Assembly: GCA_045617605.1 (NCBI GenBank)
Contig: JAZLIX010000031.1
Span: forward strand, 1-36,813
DNA: 36,813 nt
Reading direction: 5' to 3'
Origin: Alphaproteobacteria bacterium
GTDB lineage: Bacteria; Pseudomonadota; Alphaproteobacteria; CAAHEQ01; UBA3637
Position 1 is the stretch's first letter, and every line of letters starts with the position of its first letter. The position numbers and the translations under genes were made by a program. Shown piece by piece: positions 9,456-18,119 of the stretch. The notes beneath the pieces were generated by a model. The model was not told the DNA's origin. It ran no database searches and saw only the letters and a program-made list of their open reading frames with translations.

Positions 9456-9484
9456 CTTTTAGTTGAAATTTTATTTTTTTTCAA
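9456..9484 (-). promoter_or_regulatory. candidate sigma70-type promoter for dnaA
   Basis: Minus strand: TTGAAA (9484..9479), 17-nt spacer, TAAAAG (9461..9456). The context is very AT-rich, so specificity is low. Confidence 0.3.
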
Positions 9485-9561
9485 AAAAACACAATTAGTA
9501 GAACAAACAAATCTATATGTTGTGTTTTTTCCAAAAAGATGGTTAAAATTTGTTTACTTTT

Positions 9562-9600
9562 AACAAAAATAAAAAACCTCCCCCAAAAATCGGGGGGAGG
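9562..9600 (-). terminator. rho-independent terminator of the 160-aa orphan gene
   Basis: 8-bp G/C stem CCTCCCCC (9577..9584) / GGGGGAGG (9593..9600). On the minus strand it is followed by a long T-rich run (complement of 9562..9576). Confidence 0.85.
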
Positions 9601-9618
9601 TTAAAAAGAAAACGATAC

Positions 9619-10101
9619 TTATCGTTCACATTCACATCTTCTTTTTTGGAGTTCTCTGGCACGAATTTCCCTCACTTCTTTCATACAATCCAATTTTAAT
9701 GCCGTTATCTTCCGCTCACACTTTGCTTCTTTATGAAATTCTTCAAGAATTCTCATTTTCTCCTCTTTTGTAGAAGCCTTTTTGACGTCTGCTGCCGTGT
9801 CATTTCTTATTTTTCTTTCTTTAATTTTCCCCAACAAGACCATTTGTTCCAGTACACTCAAACCTTCATAACCTTTAGTGCTTTCTAGAATCTTTATAGC
9901 CCATTCTGGATCACGACAATAGACCATGTTAGCTTCGAATTCTCTCCTTCTCCTTTCATAACCATCACCGTATTTTTGTACAGGACGATGTCCATCACCT
10001 TCATAGAATGAACCCCAACCATTTTCACTGTATCCTGGTTTAGTTTCTTCTAAATCTAATGCTGCTGTAAATGGTACTAAATGTTCTTCTAATTTTGACA
10101 T
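9619..10101 (-). CDS. hypothetical 160-aa highly charged protein (orphan)
   Basis: AAAAGGAG SD, its own consensus promoter and its own strong terminator. No TM segment, signal peptide or recognisable domain. The C-terminal half is K/E/R-rich and coiled-coil-like, with scattered Cys residues and a terminal RRCECER. Confidence 0.75.
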   Translation of the reverse strand: MSKLEEHLVPFTAALDLEETKPGYSENGWGSFYEGDGHRPVQKYGDGYERRRREFEANMVYCRDPEWAIKILESTKGYEGLSVLEQMVLLGKIKERKIRNDTAADVKKASTKEEKMRILEEFHKEAKCERKITALKLDCMKEVREIRARELQKRRCECER

Positions 10102-10134
10102 ATTTTCTCCTTTTATATAATCATTACAGTCTCT

Positions 10135-10162
10135 ATTATAACACGAATATAGATTTTGTCAA
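10135..10162 (-). promoter_or_regulatory. near-consensus sigma70 promoter with extended -10 for the orphan gene
   Basis: Minus strand: TTGACA (10162..10157), 16-nt spacer ending in TGT, TATAAT (10140..10135). Confidence 0.65.
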
Positions 10163-10244
10163 CAAATATTTAAAAAGATAGACAAAAAAACATTCCAATA
10201 AAATAAGCCCTTTTCAACCCAAAAGACTTATAAAAGTAATATTC

Positions 10245-10724
10245 TTAATTTAAAACCGTATTCTGAAAGCCATGACAAAGAGCAATGGCCAAAGCATCTG
10301 CTGCATCGGGTGGAATCTTATCCGGCACATTTTTAAGCAGGGTATGTACCATCATATCCACCTGTGTTTTTTCGGCGTGTCCCACCCCTGTAATTGTTTT
10401 TTTAATTTGATTCGGGGTATATTCCCCCACCGGAATTTTTTGTAAGGCCGGCACACACAAAACCACGCCACGTGCTTGCCCCAGCTTTAAAGTAGAATTC
10501 GGATTTTTATTCACAAAGGTTTCCTCAACCGCGCACGTATCCGGTTGCCACAGGTGAACAACATCATTTAATGATTCAAAAAGTTCAGCTAAACGATTCG
10601 CCAAAGGCAACTTATCATCGGGGTTGATTGTCCCTGCGGCCAAAAATTGGAACTTATTGCCCTGCTTTTCAATAACACCCCAGCCTGTATGACGAAGGCC
10701 TGGATCCAGTCCCAAAATTCGCAT
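10245..10724 (-). CDS. ruvC: crossover junction endodeoxyribonuclease RuvC
   Basis: ILGLDPGLRHTGWGVI and ADALAIALCH motifs, 159 aa, AAGGGGGAG SD. Confidence 0.93.
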   Translation of the reverse strand: MRILGLDPGLRHTGWGVIEKQGNKFQFLAAGTINPDDKLPLANRLAELFESLNDVVHLWQPDTCAVEETFVNKNPNSTLKLGQARGVVLCVPALQKIPVGEYTPNQIKKTITGVGHAEKTQVDMMVHTLLKNVPDKIPPDAADALAIALCHGFQNTVLN

Positions 10725-10741
10725 GACTCCCCCTTATAAGA

Positions 10742-11482
10742 TTAGAGTTGTGCTAAAATATCTTCGGCAATATCAGCATTTGTGAAGACGCGTTGCACGT
10801 CATCATCATCATTTAATTCTTCCACAAAACTCATCAACTTTTGAGCTGTTTCCAAATCGGTAACAGGTGTTTCCACCGTTGGACGCCAATCCATACGAGC
10901 CGCATTGGGAGTCCCAAACTTCTTTTCCAATGAGTCACGCACTGCCCCTAAATCTTCAGGCTTACAAGTAATTTCGTGAGCTGTCTCTGTGGTTTGAACA
11001 TCATCAGCACCAGCCTCTAATCCTGCTTCAAACATGGCATCAGCTGATGCTACTGCCACTGGAAATTCAATATAGCCCACATGTTCAAAGTTAAACAAAA
11101 CTGTATCACCGAAAGAGCCACCCCGTTTTGTGAACAAAGAACGTAAATTGGGTGCTGTTCTGGCTCGATTATCTGTCAAAGCCTCAACAATCACAGCCAC
11201 ATGTCCTGGACCATACCCTTCATAACGCACTTCTTCATAATTAGAAGTATCTGCACTTTGAGAACCTTTTGCAATAGCCCGTTCAATATTATCTTTCGGC
11301 ATATTTTCACTGCGTGCATTTTGAATAGCCAAACGCAACCGTGGATTCCCATCGGGATCTGTTCCGCCTGTTTTCACTGCTACTGTAATTTCACGAGCGA
11401 GTTTAGAAAAAATACGAGCACGAGCCTTGTCCTGGGCCCCTTTACGGTTCATAATGTTTTTAAATTGTGAATGTCCTGACAT
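10742..11482 (-). CDS. yebC: YebC/PmpR-family transcriptional regulator
   Basis: The MSGHSQFKNIMNRK N-terminus matches the family signature (GHSKW.NI.HRK type). 246 aa, located upstream of ruvC as usual. Confidence 0.92.
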   Translation of the reverse strand: MSGHSQFKNIMNRKGAQDKARARIFSKLAREITVAVKTGGTDPDGNPRLRLAIQNARSENMPKDNIERAIAKGSQSADTSNYEEVRYEGYGPGHVAVIVEALTDNRARTAPNLRSLFTKRGGSFGDTVLFNFEHVGYIEFPVAVASADAMFEAGLEAGADDVQTTETAHEITCKPEDLGAVRDSLEKKFGTPNAARMDWRPTVETPVTDLETAQKLMSFVEELNDDDDVQRVFTNADIAEDILAQL

Positions 11483-11513
11483 TTTTTATCCTTTCAAAAT
11501 TTTTTGTATTATA

Positions 11514-12320
11514 TCATAAATCATTGGTATTTTCAAGGGTATCCCCCAAAATAACGGGGCGACAAGCAATGGCCCTATTTCCTTCGGTTTCCACCAAAAC
11601 CGCACAGAGAGTTGATTTTTCCATAGCGGGTTCAAAGCGCATCCGCTCAGTTCCCAAGCCAAAATGAGAAAAAGCTGTTTCACGTGTCATCCCGATGACA
11701 GATGTATAATCCCCACACATCCCGACATCTGTTTGATAAGCTGTACCCCCCGACAAGATATGCACATCATTGGTTGGAATATGGGTATGTGTTCCCACAA
11801 CCAAGGTCGCTTTTCCATCCAAAAAGTACCCCATCACCACTTTTTCAGCCGTCGTTTCTGCGTGATAATCCACCACCAAAACATCATATTCTGATTGGTG
11901 TTCATCCAAAAATGTTTGCATAGTTTGAAAGGGGTCTGCAAGCTCTAATTTAGAGTGCATAAATGCTCTGCCTAAAACCTGAACAACACAGAGGCGTTGT
12001 CCGGCCACATCAATAATTTGATAACCTTTACCAACAGTATCAGTGGGATAATTTAGGGGACGCACCAAAACATTTTCTTCCGCCCAAATTTTAATCACGT
12101 CTATTTTATCAAAGGTATGATTGCCCATTGTGACAACATCTGCCCCTGCCCGAATCAATTCTTGATAAGTTTTTGGGGTTAGACCTAACCCGTGTGCCGC
12201 ATTTTCGCCATTCACAATCACAGCATCCAGTGCATATTTTTCACGCAATAAGGGCACATATTGCGCCAGAGCTTTACGCCCAGATTGCCCCATCACGTCC
12301 CCACAAAATAAAAACTTCAT
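11514..12320 (-). CDS. ymdB: YmdB-like metallophosphoesterase (TIGR00282 type)
   Basis: FCGDVMG, GNH, DYHAETTAEK and GTHTHIPTND motifs. ATGA overlap with zapA. Confidence 0.85.
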   Translation of the reverse strand: MKFLFCGDVMGQSGRKALAQYVPLLREKYALDAVIVNGENAAHGLGLTPKTYQELIRAGADVVTMGNHTFDKIDVIKIWAEENVLVRPLNYPTDTVGKGYQIIDVAGQRLCVVQVLGRAFMHSKLELADPFQTMQTFLDEHQSEYDVLVVDYHAETTAEKVVMGYFLDGKATLVVGTHTHIPTNDVHILSGGTAYQTDVGMCGDYTSVIGMTRETAFSHFGLGTERMRFEPAMEKSTLCAVLVETEGNRAIACRPVILGDTLENTNDL

Positions 12321-12625
12321 TGGTGCAAACTTTCAGCCAAAACATTCACTTTAACAGCCAGATTTTGGATACTTTCTGCAATCAAGTCATTATTTTGTTC
12401 TAAAATAGAAGCATTTGTTGCCTTTTCAAGATGATTTTTTTCTTCAGCAAGCAACAAACAAATCATGGCTAATAACTGACCTTCCTGCATAAAACCAATG
12501 GACTTTGTCAGGGCTTCGGCCTTTTTATCCAACGAATCGGCCAATTCACGCATATGAACTTCCTGTCCATCATTACAAGAAAATTTATAAAAACGTCCCC
12601 CAATTTTTAATGAAACAACGGCCAT
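12317..12625 (-). CDS. zapA: cell-division protein ZapA
   Basis: 102 aa. The N-terminal V.LKIGGRFYKFSC..GQE...ELA..LD pattern is typical of ZapA. Confidence 0.8.
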   Translation of the reverse strand: MAVVSLKIGGRFYKFSCNDGQEVHMRELADSLDKKAEALTKSIGFMQEGQLLAMICLLLAEEKNHLEKATNASILEQNNDLIAESIQNLAVKVNVLAESLHQ

Positions 12626-12813
12626 TATTCGCCTCCTTTTTGATAGGTTGCAATCGCTTTATCCAAGCGATCATAAGTCTTTTGAATAGCCAAGCGCAAT
12701 TCAATAATTTTTTCATTGGCCGCCCCTCGTTCTTTCTTTTGTTCATGAACAGCCGTTTCCAACTTTAAAACAGCTTGTTCCAAGGAAGTAATCGCATTCT
12801 TAATCTTATCCAT
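12625..12813 (-). CDS. small coiled-coil protein upstream of zapA (DUF4164/ZapB-like position)
   Basis: 62 aa with heptad-like composition and a GGAG SD. Its TAATG overlap with zapA is 1 nt. Confidence 0.55.
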   Translation of the reverse strand: MDKIKNAITSLEQAVLKLETAVHEQKKERGAANEKIIELRLAIQKTYDRLDKAIATYQKGGE

Positions 12814-12891
12814 GAGGTTTTCTCCTTTAATAATTGACAGTATAACTGTTTTTTTAGAAAAGGTCTAGTGTTTTTTTAAATAACGAAAAAA

Positions 12892-13485
12892 TTATAAACT
12901 GCGACGAGATTTAAGGGCCATTTGAAGCGTTCCATCATCCAAATAATCTAATTCCCCGCCCACTGGAACACCCCGCGCCAACGTTGTCAATTTCACAGGA
13001 TATTTTTCCAAGCGTTGCGCCACATAATGCGCAGTCGTTTGACCATCCACCGTAGCCGGAAGTGCCAAAATAATTTCCTCTATTTCACCCGACTGCACCC
13101 GCTCTACCAATTGTGGTAAACGCAGTTCATCCGGACCAACCCCGTTGATAGCAGATAAAACCCCACCCAAAACATGATAAACACCATGAAAAATACCAGC
13201 CCTTTCCAACGCCCATAAATCTGCGATATCTTGCACGACACAGACTTGTTTTTTATCACGACGAGGGTCAGAGCAAACTGAACAAGGTGCGCCTGTATCC
13301 ATATTACCACAAACAGGACATTCCTGTACTTTATCCAACACTTCTTGCAACGTTTGAATCAAAGGCTCTATGCGGACTTTTGGTTGATTAAGAAGCGACA
13401 AAACAGCACGCCTAGCCGAACGAGGTCCCATTGTCGGCAGGGTAGAAAAAAGCCCAACCAGGCGTTCTATTTCTTTAGCTGGCAT
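12892..13485 (-). CDS. recR: recombination protein RecR
   Basis: C4 zinc finger CPVCGNMDTGAPCSVC and Toprim segment VCVVQDIADL. 197 aa. Confidence 0.94.
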   Translation of the reverse strand: MPAKEIERLVGLFSTLPTMGPRSARRAVLSLLNQPKVRIEPLIQTLQEVLDKVQECPVCGNMDTGAPCSVCSDPRRDKKQVCVVQDIADLWALERAGIFHGVYHVLGGVLSAINGVGPDELRLPQLVERVQSGEIEEIILALPATVDGQTTAHYVAQRLEKYPVKLTTLARGVPVGGELDYLDDGTLQMALKSRRSL

Positions 13486-13488
13486 AAT

Positions 13489-13806
13489 TTAAAAAGGCAA
13501 TTTAAAATCAGGAGGAAGTCCTAAAGAAGTCTGCATTTTTTGCATTTCATTGTTCATATATGTTTCCGCCTTTTCACGAGAATCGTTAATTGCGACCACC
13601 AACAAATCTTCCAAAGTTTCAGCATCTTCTAAGGCTGTTTTTTCCACATGGACACGAACAGCACTCCCTTTTCCTGTCAAAACAACAGTCACCGCACCAT
13701 TAGCTGCAGAACCTTCAAATTCTTGCTCAGCCATTTTTGTTTGTAAAATAGTCATTTGAGATTGAACCTGATGAGCTTTTGCCATCAATTCACCGATATT
13801 ACGCAT
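13489..13806 (-). CDS. ybaB: nucleoid-associated protein YbaB/EbfC
   Basis: 105 aa, conserved pairing immediately upstream of recR, and a typical C-terminal GLPPDFKLPF motif. Confidence 0.9.
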   Translation of the reverse strand: MRNIGELMAKAHQVQSQMTILQTKMAEQEFEGSAANGAVTVVLTGKGSAVRVHVEKTALEDAETLEDLLVVAINDSREKAETYMNNEMQKMQTSLGLPPDFKLPF

Positions 13807-13840
13807 TTTATTCCTTTCTGTTTTGTTAAAAACTGAAATC

Positions 13841-13869
13841 AGTCTAGCCTTTTTTTAAAGGAAGTGCAA
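13841..13869 (-). promoter_or_regulatory. sigma70-type promoter for ybaB-recR
   Basis: Minus strand: TTGCAC (13869..13864), 17-nt spacer, TAGACT (13846..13841). Confidence 0.5.
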
Positions 13870-13870
13870 G

Positions 13871-13908
13871 AAAAAAATTCCCCACTAAAAATCAGTGGGG
13901 AATTTTTT
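13871..13908 (-). terminator. rho-independent terminator after greA (symmetric, potentially bidirectional)
   Basis: 9-bp stem TTCCCCACT (13878..13886) / AGTGGGGAA (13894..13902), flanked by A7 on one side and T6 on the other. Confidence 0.85.
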
Positions 13909-13924
13909 GAACTTTAGGATTAAA

Positions 13925-14401
13925 TTAGATAAAGCGAATCGCTAAAATTTCGTAAGATTTTTCACCCTTTGGGGTCTGAACTTCCACAAAATCTCCAGCA
14001 TTTTTGCCAATTAAAGCTTTGGCAAGTGGTGAAATGTGTGAAATCAAACCTTTTTCCAAATTTGCTTCATACTGTCCCACGATTTGGTAAGTTTGTTTTT
14101 GGTCATTATCTGCATCCAACACATCCACGGTTGCTCCAAATAAAACAGCCTCACCCGACAAAGTTTTCGGATCAATCACTTGAGCACGAGAAAGAGCACC
14201 CTCTAAATCTTGAATACGTCCTTCAATAAAACTTTGTTTATCCCGCGCAGTTTGGTATTCAGCATTTTCAGATAAATCCCCATGAGAACGAGCCTCCTCA
14301 ATCGCTGCAACGATAGCAGGTCTATCCTCAAACTTCAGTTTTTTTAATTCTTCGTTCAGTTGGTTATAGCCAACCAAAGTCATCGGTACTTTATCGGTCA
14401 T
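13925..14401 (-). CDS. greA: transcription elongation factor GreA
   Basis: [16 protein letters not shown] coiled-coil tip motif. I start at the ATG at 14401 ([12 protein letters not shown]..., AAGGAGGG SD). The track ORF begins at a TTG at 14491, which falls inside the predicted promoter. Confidence 0.92.
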   Translation of the reverse strand: MTDKVPMTLVGYNQLNEELKKLKFEDRPAIVAAIEEARSHGDLSENAEYQTARDKQSFIEGRIQDLEGALSRAQVIDPKTLSGEAVLFGATVDVLDADNDQKQTYQIVGQYEANLEKGLISHISPLAKALIGKNAGDFVEVQTPKGEKSYEILAIRFI

Positions 14402-14462
14402 TCGGCCCTCCTTTTTTAAGTAAAACAAAAATACCCCACGCTTTCGTGGTGATATTGGCCTA

Positions 14463-14491
14463 TATATAGCACACTTTTTTTCAATTTGCAA
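14463..14491 (-). promoter_or_regulatory. sigma70-type promoter with extended -10 for greA
   Basis: Minus strand: TTGCAA (14491..14486), 17-nt spacer ending in TGC, TATATA (14468..14463). Confidence 0.5.
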
Positions 14492-14497
14492 ATTTTT

Positions 14498-15742
14498 TTA
14501 TTTTTGAAATAAATCAGCTTGGAAATCTGGCGTATTAGGTAGAGCCTTTTTGGGCTTGAGTGGGGCAACCTTTAAAGTCCCATCGGCAAAAGTCAGATTC
14601 ATTTGGGCGTGGGTAGAAGCTTCAGTCACCGAAGAAAGAACATGTCCTCCAGCACTCACCAACGCAAAGCCACGCTTTAAAACATCTTGATAAGAATAAG
14701 AATTAAGTAAGCGTCCCAGACCTGATACTTTTTCTTGAGTCCGTTTCATCAGAACATCAAAGGCGCGTGTTAAACGCCCCGAAGAATCGTCCAATCGCTG
14801 AATAAAAAGAGGAATAAGCTCATTCAAATTCGGCAAAGCACGTGTCAAAGAGTCCACCCGTAAATGTTTTTCCTGAACTAAACGTAAAAGCCCTGAACGA
14901 AGACGCGCCCCTAAATCTTGGTTTTGGCGTAATAAATCCGCACGCAGTGGCACCGCTTTTTCGGCCGCACCTGTCGGGGTAGGCGCCCTTAAATCCGAAA
15001 CATAATCAATTAAAGTCGTATCTGTTTCATGGCCAACCGCTGAAATGACAGGAATTTTTGAATCATAGACAGCCCTGACCACACATTCTTCATTAAAGCC
15101 CCACAAGTCCTCCAGTGAGCCGCCCCCACGTGCCACAATCAAAACATCAGGGCGAGGAAAATCAGTAGGTAAATTATTAAAGCCCTTAATCGCAGAGGCC
15201 ACTTGATCGGCACATTCTGTTCCTTGGACAGCGACAGGCCACACCAAAACGTGTCTGGGAAAACGGTCAGTCAAGCGGTGGATAATATCCCGAATCACGG
15301 CCCCAGTCGGACTGGTAATCACACCGATGGTGGTTGGTAAAAAGGGAATAGGTTGTTTATGGGCTTCATCAAACAAGCCCTCTTTAGCCAGCTTTTCACG
15401 TCGTTCATTCAAAAGTTTGAGCAAAGCCCCTATTCCAGCCGGCTCAGCCACTTCCACAATCATTTGATAATTAGAACGCCCTGGGTAAGTGGAAAGTTTA
15501 CCCGTACAAACAACTTCCAGCCCTTCCTGAATTGCTTGCATAGTGGCAGAAGAACGTCCACGCCAACAAATTGCCGACAAAACTGAATCCTTATCTTTTA
15601 ATGAAAAATAGACGTGGCCAGAGGTCGCCCGTTTAACATCACTGACTTCGCCCCGCACCTTAATATGCGGAAACACCTGCTCTACACAGGATTTCAAGGA
15701 AAGCGAGATTTCCGATACAGATAAAATAGGTGTTTCTGTCAT
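14498..15742 (-). CDS. xseA: exodeoxyribonuclease VII large subunit
   Basis: 414 aa. N-terminal OB-fold segment VRGEVSDV followed by VITSPTGAVIRDI, typical of XseA. Confidence 0.9.
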   Translation of the reverse strand: MTETPILSVSEISLSLKSCVEQVFPHIKVRGEVSDVKRATSGHVYFSLKDKDSVLSAICWRGRSSATMQAIQEGLEVVCTGKLSTYPGRSNYQMIVEVAEPAGIGALLKLLNERREKLAKEGLFDEAHKQPIPFLPTTIGVITSPTGAVIRDIIHRLTDRFPRHVLVWPVAVQGTECADQVASAIKGFNNLPTDFPRPDVLIVARGGGSLEDLWGFNEECVVRAVYDSKIPVISAVGHETDTTLIDYVSDLRAPTPTGAAEKAVPLRADLLRQNQDLGARLRSGLLRLVQEKHLRVDSLTRALPNLNELIPLFIQRLDDSSGRLTRAFDVLMKRTQEKVSGLGRLLNSYSYQDVLKRGFALVSAGGHVLSSVTEASTHAQMNLTFADGTLKVAPLKPKKALPNTPDFQADLFQK

Positions 15743-15748
15743 ATCTTT

Positions 15749-15777
15749 ATTTTATGTCATTTTCAGAAAAAAGGCAA
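15749..15777 (-). promoter_or_regulatory. candidate promoter for xseA that implies a leaderless mRNA
   Basis: Minus strand: TTGCCT (15777..15772), 17-nt spacer, TAAAAT (15754..15749). Only 6 nt (AAAGAT) separate the -10 from the ATG at 15742, and there is no SD. Confidence 0.4.
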
Positions 15778-15786
15778 TAAAAAATC

Positions 15787-15815
15787 TTGATTTTTAGGAC
15801 AGGATATGCTATAAG
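15787..15815 (+). promoter_or_regulatory. sigma70-type promoter with extended -10 for the hydrogenase operon
   Basis: TTGATT (15787..15792), 17-nt spacer ending in TGC, TATAAG (15810..15815). Confidence 0.5.
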
Positions 15816-15854
15816 AAAAAAATCATTTTTAACAAACAAAAAGGAGAAAAGGCA

Positions 15855-16349
15855 ATGGCCGAAGATAAAGCAAAAATCCAAGATGAGACCAGAAAAATGA
15901 TGGTCAAATGGAAAACAAAACGTGGGGCATTGATTATGGCTTTACACGAAATTCAAGGGGCTTTCGGGTATGTTCCTTGGGATGCAATGGAAGTTGTATC
16001 AGAAGAATTAAAAACCCCTATGGCACAGATTTATTCTGTATTGACATTCTATAACCACTTTAAGTTAAAAGCTCCCGGAAAAGTTGTTATTTCCATTTGT
16101 GATGGAACAGCTTGCCACATTAAAGGCGGACAATCTGTCATTCAAGCCTTTGAAAAAGAATTGGGTGTTAAAGCCGGTGTCACAACAGATGATGGTTTGT
16201 TCTACATTCAAATCGTGCGTTGTTTGGGATGTTGCGGATTGGCCCCTGTGGTTGTTGTCAATGGCAAAACTTATGGTCGTGTAACGCCTTTGGATGCCCC
16301 AAAAATTGTGGCAGAATGGCGTGAAACAATGGCAAAGGAAGGAGCATAA
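15855..16349 (+). CDS. hydC: NuoE-like [2Fe-2S] subunit of an NAD(P)-linked [FeFe]-hydrogenase
   Basis: 164 aa thioredoxin-like ferredoxin with cysteine motifs CDGTAC and CLGCC. AAGGAG SD. Confidence 0.88.
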   Translation: MAEDKAKIQDETRKMMVKWKTKRGALIMALHEIQGAFGYVPWDAMEVVSEELKTPMAQIYSVLTFYNHFKLKAPGKVVISICDGTACHIKGGQSVIQAFEKELGVKAGVTTDDGLFYIQIVRCLGCCGLAPVVVVNGKTYGRVTPLDAPKIVAEWRETMAKEGA

Positions 16350-16351
16350 AA

Positions 16352-18109
16352 ATGGTAGAACTTTCACAAGAACAAATTGAAAAATTAAAGGCTTTGGGCA
16401 GAACCCAAAAAGAAAACCTGATTAAAATGGGGGAAGAATTTAAAGAAAAAGTGAAGAACTTTAAAGCCTCTATTTACACCTGTAATGCTACCAGTTGTCA
16501 TTCAGGCGGAGCTTCAAACGTCATTGATGCCTTTAAGGAAAGTTTAAAAGCAGCAGGATTAGAAGCTGACGTTCGTATGGTATGTACAGGATGTATGGGA
16601 CTGTGTGCCTCTGGACCTTTAGCTCGTGTAGAAATTAAAGGCAAAAAAACTGTTCTTTATCAACACGTAACTGCTGATATGGCCCGTTTAATTGTGGCTG
16701 AACATGTGGTTCCTGCCCTGAAAACAGAAGGGGAAATCAATACGTCAGATTATTTAAAACAACAAGAATTATCACTTGATTTACCTTTCTTTACAAAACA
16801 ACGTAAAATCGTATTGCGCCTGTTGGGACATTCTGATCCAGAAGATTTGGGTGAATACATTGCCAACGGTGGCTATCAAGGGTTGATGAAAGCCCTGACC
16901 ATGAAACCAGAAGAAGTGTTGGACATTATCAAAAAGTCCGGCCTGCGTGGACGTGGTGGTGGTGGCTTCCCCACAGGAACAAAGTGGGAAATGCTGTCCA
17001 AATCCCCATTGGTTGATGGCGAAAAGTTTATGATTTGTAACGGTGACGAAGGCGACCCAGGGGCCTATATGGATTCCTGTATTTTAGGCGGTGGCTCTCA
17101 CGCTGTGTTGGAAGGCATGATGATTGGGGCTTATGCCACAGGCGCTACTTCCGGTTGGTTCTACATTCGTGCTGAATATCCTCTGGCGATTCAACGGATG
17201 GAATTAGCTATCAAGCAAGCAAAACGTTATGGCATTTTAGGCCGCAACATTTTTGGAACAGACTTTAACTTTATGGCGGACATTCGCTATGGGGCTGGGG
17301 CTTTCGTGTGCGGTGAAGAAACTGCTTTGATGTCTTCTGTGGAAGGTAAACGCGGTACACCACGTCCACGTCCTCCATTCCCAACTCAAAAAGGGTTATT
17401 CCAAAAGCCAACGGCTATTAACAACGTGGAAACTTTGGCGAACGTTGCCCCAATTATGGTGAACGGTCCCGAATGGTTCAGCGAAGTGGGTACTGCCACA
17501 TCAAAAGGAACAAAGGTGTTTGCTATTACCGGTAAAGTGAAACATTCTGGCCTAGTGGAAGTGCCAATGGGAACAACCGTTGCCGAAATGGTGAACGATA
17601 TTGGCGGTGGTACAAGCTCTGGCAAGCCCTTTAAAGCTGTGCAAACGGGTGGTCCTTCAGGCGGTGTGATTCCTGCAAGTGAACTCAATATGCCCCTTTG
17701 CTATGAAGAATTGAAGAAAATCGGCTCTATGATGGGCTCAGGCGGTATGATTATTATGGATCAAGATGATTCTATGGTAGAAATCGCCAAGTTCTATTTG
17801 GGCTTTACAGTGGATGAATCTTGCGGTAAGTGTGCCCCCTGCCGTATCGGTGGTTATCAAATGTTGCAATTGATGAACAAGATTGCAGCCGGTAAAGGCA
17901 CAAAGGCTGATGTCGCCAAGATTAAAGAAATCGGAAATGCGATGAAAAAGGCCTCTCTGTGCGGTTTGGGACAGACTGCCCCTAATCCAGTGCTGTCAAC
18001 AATGAAGTTCTTCAAAAACGAATATGATGCTTTATTACTGGACGGAAACGAACCAGATGAAAAGCCTGAAGAAGACAAAAAAGCGTGCAATATCAATACA
18101 AAGAAATAA
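16352..18109 (+). CDS. hydB: NuoF-like flavoprotein subunit (FMN/NAD(P)H-binding) of [FeFe]-hydrogenase
   Basis: N-terminal [2Fe-2S] module (CNATSC...CTGCMGLC). GLRGRGGGGFPTGTKW FMN/NADH motif. ESCGKCAPCRIGG plus LCGLG N3-type [4Fe-4S] site. Confidence 0.9.
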   Translation: MVELSQEQIEKLKALGRTQKENLIKMGEEFKEKVKNFKASIYTCNATSCHSGGASNVIDAFKESLKAAGLEADVRMVCTGCMGLCASGPLARVEIKGKKTVLYQHVTADMARLIVAEHVVPALKTEGEINTSDYLKQQELSLDLPFFTKQRKIVLRLLGHSDPEDLGEYIANGGYQGLMKALTMKPEEVLDIIKKSGLRGRGGGGFPTGTKWEMLSKSPLVDGEKFMICNGDEGDPGAYMDSCILGGGSHAVLEGMMIGAYATGATSGWFYIRAEYPLAIQRMELAIKQAKRYGILGRNIFGTDFNFMADIRYGAGAFVCGEETALMSSVEGKRGTPRPRPPFPTQKGLFQKPTAINNVETLANVAPIMVNGPEWFSEVGTATSKGTKVFAITGKVKHSGLVEVPMGTTVAEMVNDIGGGTSSGKPFKAVQTGGPSGGVIPASELNMPLCYEELKKIGSMMGSGGMIIMDQDDSMVEIAKFYLGFTVDESCGKCAPCRIGGYQMLQLMNKIAAGKGTKADVAKIKEIGNAMKKASLCGLGQTAPNPVLSTMKFFKNEYDALLLDGNEPDEKPEEDKKACNINTKK

Positions 18110-18119
18110 GGATAAAAAA

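Noticed and set aside
9402-9561. Possible oriC or DnaA-box cluster upstream of dnaA
   Set aside because: I found no convincing TTATCCACA-type 9-mers. The best match, around GGTGGACTT, fits only about 5 of 9 positions. The region is explained by a promoter and an AT-rich spacer, and alphaproteobacterial origins are often not next to dnaA. A PWM scan and GC-skew analysis would be decisive.
11483-12320. 6S RNA (ssrS) expected downstream of zapA, as in E. coli
   Set aside because: zapA overlaps ymdB (ATGA), and only 31 nt separate ymdB from yebC. There is no room for a roughly 180-nt RNA gene.
14402-14491. 30-codon N-terminal extension of GreA (track ORF from TTG at 14491)
   Set aside because: The extension overlaps the predicted promoter and leader hairpin. 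The ATG at 14401 has an AAGGAGGG SD and gives a normal 158-aa GreA.
18024-18119. 32-codon extension of HydA overlapping the hydB 3' end
   Set aside because: The MVKLTIDSKEV start at 18120 has an SD and matches the usual HydA N-terminus (2Fe-2S domain). The extension is K/R-rich out-of-frame hydB sequence.
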